Below are positions 1 through 9,100 of a stretch of 64,000 bases of DNA, one piece after another. The notes under the pieces are model-generated. The model made no database searches and was not told where the DNA came from. It saw only the letters and a list, made by a program, of their open reading frames with translations. The translations under genes were made by a program, and so were the position numbers. The stretch is from positions 49,704-113,703 of the IMG/VR virus record IMGVR_UViG_3300044730_000313; one strand, given 5' to 3'. The stretch comes from a virus. Every line of letters starts with the position of its first letter. Positions within the stretch are counted from its first letter, which is position 1.

Positions 1-66
1 TAATATGAATAATTATAATTTCCAAGAGCTATAACGAGTTTTGGTAAATCGCTATAACTGAATCAG

Positions 67-3000
67 TTAGAGATTTTTGAAAGCTTTGACCACTGAGCTA
101 TTTAGGCTCTTCTTTTTGCTCACACTTATTCCTTTTCTCCCACCTCTTTTGTATTGTTCTTCTATCTCCTCCGCTGTAAACATTTGATCATCAAGCTCTT
201 GTTCAGTGATTGGGGCAGGGGCTTGAACTGCAGGTGCTGAAGGAGCTGCTGCTGGAACTTTTCCTTGTGAAACAATTGGAGGTGTGGCAGTAGTACCAGG
301 AGCCATTACTTGGTACTGCTTTCCATCAGGACCAACATACACTGTAGGTATCTGAGGTTGGAAAGGAGCGTTCATATTGATGGTTCTGAAGCGTGGGTCA
401 TAGCGGAAGTTGTACAGATTCTCGTATGTGGCTAACTTCCTGTTTTCCAATTGGTTACGCATGAACTTATCTCCAATAGAACTCAAGGCAGACTGTGTAA
501 TAGCTTTAGTCTTAGACTTGGCAGTTTCTTGTCTTACGTACTGTCTGTCTAGTATTTCTAGGTTTTTCAGACCGAACTCATTCAAGAGGTTTCTATTCTC
601 TCTGTATACAGCATCCTTCATAGCCTGATTAGCTCTGAACTGCTCACCTAGCACCTTTTGGTTAGCTGCATACTTTTGAGCGTTTAGCATAGACTGAGCA
701 GCAGGGTTATATCCCAGCATCCTTTGTTGTGATCTGAAGGCAGCTTCGTTCTCATTCAAAATATCCTGATAGGATATATCATAAGGAACAGACAGCTGAG
801 GTTGGAGTGTTTGAGCCTGTACAGGTTCTAACTGGTTATTAGCCAAGGCATACATCTCACCAATCAATTGTCTTGGATCAAGTTCTTCTGTATCTGTAGG
901 TCTAACGTAAGGAAGCACCTGACCGATTATATCCAATAAGGGATTTCTCTTATAAGGAGTGATGGGAATGACAGATGGACGTGCGGTTGTTTTATCATCT
1001 GTAGTGGTAGCAGTGGTCTTCTTCTCAACATTAAGCTCACCTGAAGCAATACTAGTTGGAGTTTTCTTTGGTAGAGCAGCAATGTATTGTTCAGTGCGAG
1101 GACCAAAGAACATATCTAAGTTGGTGTCAAGAATCTCATCTGTTGAAAGCTTCTTTAGGTCATCTAAAGAATTGATACCCTTTGCTTTAGCTCTTGCTGT
1201 TACAGTGCCAGCATCCAAGATTATTTTCTTAGCAATGTCAGGGAAATACGCATGGTATCTCTTTTGAAGCTCTAATATATATGGATTTTTCTTTCCTGGA
1301 TTCTGAGCATTTGCTGCTTTAGCTTTTTCATACAGCTCCATTATTTGTCTCACCTTTGCCTCTTCAGTGGTGGCAATTGGATAGTCTGATGCATCAGCTA
1401 CATCTGCAGCAATAGTATTTACAACAGGTGCTGCAGCAGCTCTTGTAGACAATGGAACTACCGCTGGAGTTATCACTTCTTCTTCTGTATCAGGAAAATC
1501 TATAGGTGCTGCAACAGGAGCGAACGGAACAGTAGCTTTTGCAGGAGCTGCTGCAGGAGCTGTTTGTTGCATTTGTTGAGCTGTTGCTTTTGGAAGCGAT
1601 GGTACTGACATAGGAATTCCTAAAGGACCAGTTGCTCCTGAGGGAAGCATCATCTTCATTGCGGGAGCCACTTGTCGTGCAGTTCTTGAAACTCCAAGAA
1701 CAGGTGACAATATAGGTCCAAATAATCCTCCAAATTGAGCGTTTTGTTTTATAGCCTTCTTGTCCATCTTCACTTTACCTCTAGCCAAATCATCAGCAAC
1801 CAATCCCATTTCTTCAGCTGTATCATTGATGGCATTCTGCAAGGATGCAGCAGTCATCTTCTTATCTGCAAGCTCTTTGAGTTTTTGATTAGCTCCTAAC
1901 ATAGTGTATTGCAAGGAGTTGAGTGTCATTTTATCTATAGGCGTGCTCACCTCAAAGTCTTCTAACATCTGCGTTGCTTTATCAAGCTTTTTGTTCTGCT
2001 TGTTCTCTTTCTTAGATAGATCAGCCACATAGGTTTTGAACTTCTTACCCTTAGCCTCTTCTCCAAGCATTGGAATATAAGACTTAGGTATCTTGAGATT
2101 ACCAAACACTACAAGGTTAGAATCACCACTTGTGCCATCTTGTAGCTTTACAGCAGGTTCACCTCTTTCCACCTCTACAGGGTTCTCACCATAGGTGATA
2201 CCAATACCAGTGTTTCCTCTTCCATCAGACTCATCGTGGGATTGACCTCTGAACATGATAGTTTCACCACCATCTGGTAGATAGGGATTCTGAGACATTG
2301 TTTCTGCATATCCACCCCAGTGTGTCTGGAGCTCTCCACCCATTTGCATAGCTGGTCTTTCTGTAGACATAGCTCGTGCACTAGGAGGAGTGTAGGCTTT
2401 CAGGTGACCACCAGCTCTGAGCATATCTGCATCATGAGGAGGCTTTAGAAGGTCTTTTACATTGTGCCCTCCAAAGGATACAATCTTCTGTGGTTGCCAT
2501 GTATGACTTACCCATTTGTATGGAGATGTCATTCCACCATCTTCCATGTTAGCACCAAACTGTTGCTGAACACCTATTCCAAAGTTTTGTCCTACAATTT
2601 TGTTTATGTTTTGTCTAGACAAATCTTGTTGATTCTCAATCTTTTTCTCTTGTAGTCTATCAATTGCAGACCCTATGAACCTAGTTGCAAAACCGATGGG
2701 TCCACCAAACAAACTACCAACACTACCAAGCACCTCACTATATCCACCAGTTGTACCTCCTCCAGCAATGTTAGCAAGTTGTTGACCTTGTGAACTTCCC
2801 AAAGCATCCATAAATGCTCCACCACCAGCAGCCTTATGCAGCTTACCACCATGATAGAATTGCTTGTAACGCTCACTATCATTCAAGGGTTCATATCCAA
2901 GATTGTCATAAAGTGTACCAGGAGCATAGGTGTTCATGATTTCTCCACCCCCTACAGATGCTCCAAACTCAGCAAGCACATTTGTACCTACGCCATAAGA

Positions 3001-3720
3001 TGGGAACATTTGTTCTGGTTGAAATGCCATATCTTCTGGTCTAAGATATTGTCTTCTAGGCTCTTGTACAGGTCTACTAGCAGCAGCCTGACCCATTACA
3101 TCCGTTAAAGCAGTTTGCTGTTTTGCTGCTCTATATGCTTCTCTTTGAGCCTTAATGTTTTGAATACCACCAATCACCTGACCAATAACAGGGATACCTT
3201 TTGCTAAGTTAGGCTTCTTTTTAGGGGACGGCATAGCTGGAACATTATAATCAGTTCCCCAGTTAAACTGTTGTTGCTGAAGGTTTTGTGCACTAGGTGT
3301 AAGTTGAGGGCCAGTAGGACCTAGTCCAGGAATCTCATTTCCTACCTGAGATTTTGCAACTTTCTTTCCTTTCTTGGCACCAGCCATTTCTGCAAACTGT
3401 GCCACCTGGCCCATGTCCATTCCACCACCTTGACCACCACCACTCTGAGCTATTTGAGCTGCAGCTTGTTGAATAGCTTCCATTTTAGCACGGTCAGCAC
3501 TGGTCATACCTGTAAACTGGTAATCAAGCTCATCATACATACCACGAACATCAGCAGGCTGATACATAGTGGAGGGTGCTTCACTGGTCATATACGTACC
3601 TATCTGAGCCTTCTTAAGCTCTTTACCATGCTTGGCCATGAATGCTTCTTCTGTAGGAAACTTCTTGTAGAATTCCTTTTCAGACTTAACACCAGCGATC
3701 TTTAGAATGTTCTTTTTCAT
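67..3720 (-). CDS. Large internal virion (cargo/ejection) protein, crAss-like
   Basis: 1217 aa, low complexity (Q/A/G/P-rich), with a GQSHDE..GIGI..VEVERGE segment and repeated Phi-x-x-GG motifs. Lies directly downstream of the muzzle gene, where crAss-like phages encode cargo proteins ahead of the virion RNAP. Confidence 0.65.
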   Translation of the reverse strand: MKKNILKIAGVKSEKEFYKKFPTEEAFMAKHGKELKKAQIGTYMTSEAPSTMYQPADVRGMYDELDYQFTGMTSADRAKMEAIQQAAAQIAQSGGGQGGGMDMGQVAQFAEMAGAKKGKKVAKSQVGNEIPGLGPTGPQLTPSAQNLQQQQFNWGTDYNVPAMPSPKKKPNLAKGIPVIGQVIGGIQNIKAQREAYRAAKQQTALTDVMGQAAASRPVQEPRRQYLRPEDMAFQPEQMFPSYGVGTNVLAEFGASVGGGEIMNTYAPGTLYDNLGYEPLNDSERYKQFYHGGKLHKAAGGGAFMDALGSSQGQQLANIAGGGTTGGYSEVLGSVGSLFGGPIGFATRFIGSAIDRLQEKKIENQQDLSRQNINKIVGQNFGIGVQQQFGANMEDGGMTSPYKWVSHTWQPQKIVSFGGHNVKDLLKPPHDADMLRAGGHLKAYTPPSARAMSTERPAMQMGGELQTHWGGYAETMSQNPYLPDGGETIMFRGQSHDESDGRGNTGIGITYGENPVEVERGEPAVKLQDGTSGDSNLVVFGNLKIPKSYIPMLGEEAKGKKFKTYVADLSKKENKQNKKLDKATQMLEDFEVSTPIDKMTLNSLQYTMLGANQKLKELADKKMTAASLQNAINDTAEEMGLVADDLARGKVKMDKKAIKQNAQFGGLFGPILSPVLGVSRTARQVAPAMKMMLPSGATGPLGIPMSVPSLPKATAQQMQQTAPAAAPAKATVPFAPVAAPIDFPDTEEEVITPAVVPLSTRAAAAPVVNTIAADVADASDYPIATTEEAKVRQIMELYEKAKAANAQNPGKKNPYILELQKRYHAYFPDIAKKIILDAGTVTARAKAKGINSLDDLKKLSTDEILDTNLDMFFGPRTEQYIAALPKKTPTSIASGELNVEKKTTATTTDDKTTARPSVIPITPYKRNPLLDIIGQVLPYVRPTDTEELDPRQLIGEMYALANNQLEPVQAQTLQPQLSVPYDISYQDILNENEAAFRSQQRMLGYNPAAQSMLNAQKYAANQKVLGEQFRANQAMKDAVYRENRNLLNEFGLKNLEILDRQYVRQETAKSKTKAITQSALSSIGDKFMRNQLENRKLATYENLYNFRYDPRFRTINMNAPFQPQIPTVYVGPDGKQYQVMAPGTTATPPIVSQGKVPAAAPSAPAVQAPAPITEQELDDQMFTAEEIEEQYKRGGRKGISVSKKKSLNSSVVKAFKNL

Positions 3721-3721
3721 G

Positions 3722-5263
3722 TTAGTTATATTTATCTAACCATCCACCCTTGGTTGGTTTGTTATAGTTTGTAAAGTTAAGCAATTGATCTAACTTCTTA
3801 AGTGGTTGAGCATCAGCATTGTTTACACTCACACCACCTTTAGCCACAGGATATTCTGTTACATATTCTCCATCAAACTCATAGTCTTCTCCTGGTTCCA
3901 TGTATTGGACATCTCCTGTGTCAGATATTCCGAGGAGGGGTTGATCTACACCCTCCATAGTGATTACATTTGAAGGGATGATGACAGGCCCACCCACGTT
4001 CTCAGGGTTCCAATATCCCATAGGATCTACAGGTATGTCCCCTCCATCTTGTAGGGTGCCTGTAGCAGATGCATAGTCAGCACCCTCCTGGTATGTAGCA
4101 TCTCTAATACCTCCTACAAAAGACTTGAGAGCAGCTTTGCTAGGGAAGTACATAGTCTTCTGCTCATTGTATTTGCCTGTAGGATAGGTAAAGGTGTATT
4201 TAGTTGGCTTGTTTTCAAACTGACTAGCTTTGAGAGGACTAGGCGCATTTGGTACAGGAAGCTCATATCCTAAGTCTATTGCTTCTCTAGGAATAGGGAT
4301 AGGTTTTGCTAGTTTCTTACTTTCAGGAAGAGGAAAAGGTCCAATTGTTCTTGAAGTTTGTTGCTTCTTTACAGGTGGTTGTTTCTTTACAGGTGGTTGA
4401 TACTTAAGACTTTTTCTTACAGGAGGATGATATATTTCTACAGCAGCACTATAAGGAAGAACATTTGTTTCTGTTAAATTTTTATTTTCCTCTAACGCTT
4501 CTGTTAACCCTTTAATTTTTCTAGATGTATCAAAACCAGGATCTCCAACCACTATAACATCTTTAGGCACCTGAGGATATTGGGATGGACCCCAATACTG
4601 TCTAGGAAGAGATTGCTCTGTGTATTTAGGAAGAAATCTTCTTTTTCCTTGATAGTCTCCATGTATAAGATTACTGAATGCACCAACTAGACCAGAGCTG
4701 CTCATTAAAGAAAAGTTACTAAGGTTCTTTTTTACATCAGCTCTAGCTTTAGCAAGATCTTTCTGTCCTCTTATGTAGTTTCTAACGCTATCCTGCCAAC
4801 GTCTGTAATCATTTATATCTGTTGTAATAGCGCTACCATTCTGACTAATAGTCTTAGGTTTGAAGTCTAGTCCAGCTTGGTAGTATTTCATCTCCTGTCC
4901 ATTCTGTGCACTAGCCTTTGTCTTCTTAGCATAGGGACCGTTAGAAGGAGCAGGACTCTGTGTACGTGCGTAGGTGAATCCTACAGCACCAGGGAGAACA
5001 CCACCCATTTGCATTGTTCCACCCCATGCTCCGTTGTAGTTGAATCCAACATCCGTTAGACCTCCCATAGTTCCTTCTATGCCATTCTGTGCTTGGGGAG
5101 CGTCATACTTATCTAACCATCCTCCAGATTCAGCTTTGTAGGGCTTAGCGCCACCAGCAATAGCTCCAAAGAACTTACGTTGTTGTTCTGTCAGGGGATG
5201 CCCATGCACCTCCTTATCGTGAAGGATTTTCCTTGCTTTTGTGGATGTGAGTTTCTTTGCCAT
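3722..5263 (-). CDS. Putative internal virion protein with repeated xQ/KxGG motifs
   Basis: 513 aa, tightly coupled to both neighbours. GGWLDKY occurs twice, plus AQNG/MQMGG/LQDGG/AKGG repeats. Confidence 0.55.
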   Translation of the reverse strand: MAKKLTSTKARKILHDKEVHGHPLTEQQRKFFGAIAGGAKPYKAESGGWLDKYDAPQAQNGIEGTMGGLTDVGFNYNGAWGGTMQMGGVLPGAVGFTYARTQSPAPSNGPYAKKTKASAQNGQEMKYYQAGLDFKPKTISQNGSAITTDINDYRRWQDSVRNYIRGQKDLAKARADVKKNLSNFSLMSSSGLVGAFSNLIHGDYQGKRRFLPKYTEQSLPRQYWGPSQYPQVPKDVIVVGDPGFDTSRKIKGLTEALEENKNLTETNVLPYSAAVEIYHPPVRKSLKYQPPVKKQPPVKKQQTSRTIGPFPLPESKKLAKPIPIPREAIDLGYELPVPNAPSPLKASQFENKPTKYTFTYPTGKYNEQKTMYFPSKAALKSFVGGIRDATYQEGADYASATGTLQDGGDIPVDPMGYWNPENVGGPVIIPSNVITMEGVDQPLLGISDTGDVQYMEPGEDYEFDGEYVTEYPVAKGGVSVNNADAQPLKKLDQLLNFTNYNKPTKGGWLDKYN

Positions 5264-6129
5264 TACTTGTAAGAGATTTGAGATGGTGTAATGATAAACT
5301 GGCTAACTAGATGAGCATCATAGCGGTTGTCCAATATGTGTCTCACCTTCAACTCTTTAGCACGCAGAGGTTCTTTCTTGAAGGATCTCTTGCCATAGTC
5401 CATATTAGCCTGGTTTACCACCTTATCCAAAGATAGGGATTCACATGTACGTATGAATAATGGTTCCTGCTTATGCTTAACCAATGACCAGAATGTGTTA
5501 TACTGGTAGAAGTTGTCACTCTTGGTGAATGTAATTGTCTTACTATCAGTGTTATATATTGGATACTTCAAGTAGTCCTTCAGGTTATTGATTGGTTTGG
5601 GAACCAGCTCAAGCACACCAGAAGACTGCTGACCGTTATACAAAACAGCTTTATTGAACCAAGCATCATCAGTTTCCACCTTACGGTTGTCATCAGACAC
5701 ACCATCTGGATCAGAGAAGTATCTATATGCCTTAGTGTAATCTTGCACACTCTGAAGGATTTCATCTCTGTATTGGTAAGCAAAAGGATACTCAATGATG
5801 TAAGGCTCAATGTTTCCGTAGAAGTAATTGTACACCACTGGGTTCTTCAGGTGCCTCCAGATACAAGCACTATAGGATTGCGTGTAGGTGGCTGCCACCT
5901 GTTCATTAGGTGTCACTTGAGAAATAGGGAAGTTAATAGACTTTTTGCAGCCACCTGTGGATGTAATAGTAATTACACTAGCAGCACTATTCACGCTATA
6001 CACCACTCCATCAATCAGTTGACTCTTGGGTACATCTGTAGCTATTACATTTCCGAGGTTATCAGAAATGGTAAAAGGCCCGCTCCTGGGAGAGGCTTTC
6101 ACTAGCTTTATGAATACGTTTTGAGGCAT
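5263..6129 (-). CDS. C-terminal part of tail muzzle/stabilisation protein, preceded by a small beta-rich 'GPF' domain
   Basis: IWRH..YNYFYG..PYIIEY..FNKAVLYNGQQSSG resembles the C-terminus of crAss-type muzzle proteins. The N-terminal ~70 aa resemble the ORF at 14813-15412. Confidence 0.55.
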   Translation of the reverse strand: MPQNVFIKLVKASPRSGPFTISDNLGNVIATDVPKSQLIDGVVYSVNSAASVITITSTGGCKKSINFPISQVTPNEQVAATYTQSYSACIWRHLKNPVVYNYFYGNIEPYIIEYPFAYQYRDEILQSVQDYTKAYRYFSDPDGVSDDNRKVETDDAWFNKAVLYNGQQSSGVLELVPKPINNLKDYLKYPIYNTDSKTITFTKSDNFYQYNTFWSLVKHKQEPLFIRTCESLSLDKVVNQANMDYGKRSFKKEPLRAKELKVRHILDNRYDAHLVSQFIITPSQISYK

Positions 6130-6139
6130 TTATATCTTT

Positions 6140-9100
6140 TTATAATGGAGCTGTTGTAGTGGTAGTGGTAGTGGATGAACTGCTGGTAGTGGTTGTAGTT
6201 GTTGTACACTCTAAACAATCATCCTCACTTGTACAAGATGTGCCGCACAAAGCAATAATTACTCCTGGATCAGAATAGGGCACTGCTTCAGTGCTAAAGC
6301 ACAAGTTTACAGTGGATGCTGGATTTACAGGAATGAATGATATGCTCTTGCTTCCACATACATACCCAGCTACATTATGAACCTCCTCTGTTGGGTTATG
6401 AATAACATAACACTCACAAGGATATGCAGTTGTAGTGGTTGTGGTGGTGCTAGTGCTAGTTGTTGTTGTAGTGGTGATTTCACAAGCCACTCCCTCCAGA
6501 TCACAGCCTGTATAATCTGTTGTTGTACTAGTTGTTGTGGATGTAGATGTACTTGTTGTGCTGGTACTAGTAGTAGTTGTAGTGTTTGGAATAGGATTAG
6601 CTACAATAGCATCAAAGTCACCACAGCAATCATTTAGTCCTGAATAGAAGAAGTTGTTCTCACCAATATACCAGTTAGGGATGTAGCTATGAAAGCTTAT
6701 CCAGCTCTTGGTATTGAAGTTAAAAGACACTGTCCAGCTCTTGTTACAGAAGTAGTCTGTGTCTGTAAGGAACACTTCTGTCTTGGTTAACTTCTCTGCA
6801 CCACAGCAGTCTACAGGTTTCTCTAAGTAGAACTTCTTATCTACATCATCATATATGATACCTTCCACCTTTGGAACATAGTCAAGCTTGGTGATAATCA
6901 CCCTGTCATACTTGCTATCATATACACCATGCAGTCCTACACCATTAAAGTGATTATCCACATCCACCTTAGGGAAGTAACGTAATATCTCAAATGCCAG
7001 ATGGTCTGTAAAGAACCTATTCATTCCTGAACCAAATCCTGATAAATCAACAGCTTCTGTACCAGTGATGAGGAACACTTGACCACGCTTAGCATCTATA
7101 GTCACTTGTCCTTGTGGTATCTTGAGGAGCATCTTGTTCTGGGTTCCTACATATCCCAAGTCAGTTTCAGCAAAATCAATTGGAGGGGCTCCTCTAAACA
7201 GCGATGGGTTACCAACATATGCTGCCTGAGGGTTGCTAGTATCAATGGTTAACAAGTTGTTGTACATCAACGTCTTGTTCTCAAATCTAGCCAGAATAGC
7301 TCTGTTCTGAATTCCATCTAAAGAGATAAGGTCTCCAAAGTTTTGAGGGAAGTCAAAGTAAGATATGGCTCTGTAAACCAACCAGTTATTCACCCTATTA
7401 TCAGCATCTATGTTTTGAGGATCTGAGTAGATGGTTCTAAACGGATACTGTGTATAACATATTGTCTTCCAATCAAAAGGTAAGTGAGTGAATGTATTCT
7501 CTCTGTTTTGCTTAGAGAAAGTTACATTATAGTAGTAGGTGTTGTCCTGAGCAATAGGGACATAGCTTTCTTGTACCCAGTCATCAGGAATACTTGTACT
7601 TACATGTGGCCAGAAGTCACCCTCTCTGTTGTTAAAAGCTTGACGTAGATCTACGTTATAAGAACTCTCACAGTAGAAATAAGGAATACCATAAGCAAAC
7701 TGATACATCTTACCATCGTAGAATGTTCTACCAGCACTTGTAATTGGAGTTTGCTCATTAGGACAATCAAGATTATTTGCCTTAATTGAGAAGAAGTTTG
7801 TTAATACAGCTGTCTCAATTGACGCATCTACAAGGATGGAACGTGCTGAGTGCCAGTATTCTGGGTAGGCCACATTACCAATCTCATCATAGAATATATC
7901 ACTATCATCAGGAGCATTCACCCTGTTATCAATAAAGAAGGGCAGTTTGGTCTTGAAAGCAAACTTGCTGATGAACGTATCACCACCAAAGAACGTAGCT
8001 GTAGTAGTTGTTGCAGGAGTGATATCCACTTGAAATCCTGTATCCACTGTATCATAAGAGTATATCTGTCCATACTGATTGACAAATATGTTCTTAAGAG
8101 ATCCGTAATAAGAGACAACACTTATGTATTCATCCTTAGCAGGAACAGGACAATTGTCTAGACTTCCATCAACACCCGCCTCACTAAGAGTCATTCTAGA
8201 CCTATCGTTTACAGTGCCTGATATAGTGGGGGTTTGATTAGGGAATGGTAGAGGAGATCTAGGACCACCTGTATATGTTTCTTTAGTCTTTAGATATACA
8301 GAACTCTCTCTGTTCCAGTTGTTTATATCCTTGTTATCATTAACACCCTGTACACCAGGAATCAGGTATTGTTTGAGATCAAGCTCACGTTGCTTTATTC
8401 CCAATCCATTAGCAATTGAATTACTATAGTCATAGCTAGCAATTGAGTTGTAGGAATAAGCGTAGTTTTGTCTGGTGATACCATTTATATAGATGGTGAG
8501 GTAGGCTTGATAGGCAGCAAACAGAGCGCTAGCGTTGTATGCACCAGTGGTGATGAGTGCTATTTGATTAGCGCTATCTAATGCATCCTGTTGAGCCTCA
8601 AGACTTACTAGTCTATACATGGCGTTATCTCTCACTTGTGTAAAGTGAGCTCTACCAGCACCAAATATTACATTCTCTAGTTTTAGTACACCACCTAAGA
8701 ACGGTTGTCCAAAGGATGTTTCAGGAGAGTTAAATACATGTCTGTACTTTGCACCCTCCTCATCAAACGCATTTAGTTGAGCTGGAGCACACAGATCATA
8801 TCCAATTTCGTCTACTAATTCAATACTATAACCACCATCACCACTTGCATAAGTGGGAGGACTAAGAGAGGGTATAGTTCTAACACCACCAAACGTAGAT
8901 CCATCTACTGTCCAGGTGCTTTGTTCTAAAGCTGCTTGAGGAGCATTACAACATCCGTTGCTCGGATTCTGAGCACAATATTCTGCCCAGTTAGCATATC
9001 CTACAGGAGGAAGTAATATAGATCCCGTAAGTGCATCTATTCCACAAGATATTCCTCCAGGAACAGGTGGATAATAATTAAATGTGGCAAGATCACCAGG

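Noticed and set aside
6130-6145. Frameshift or readthrough joining the muzzle to the 288-aa ORF
   Set aside because: The TAA stop precedes the A-run, there are only five As (no A_AAA_AAG), and the downstream ORF has its own ATG with a typical A-rich leader.
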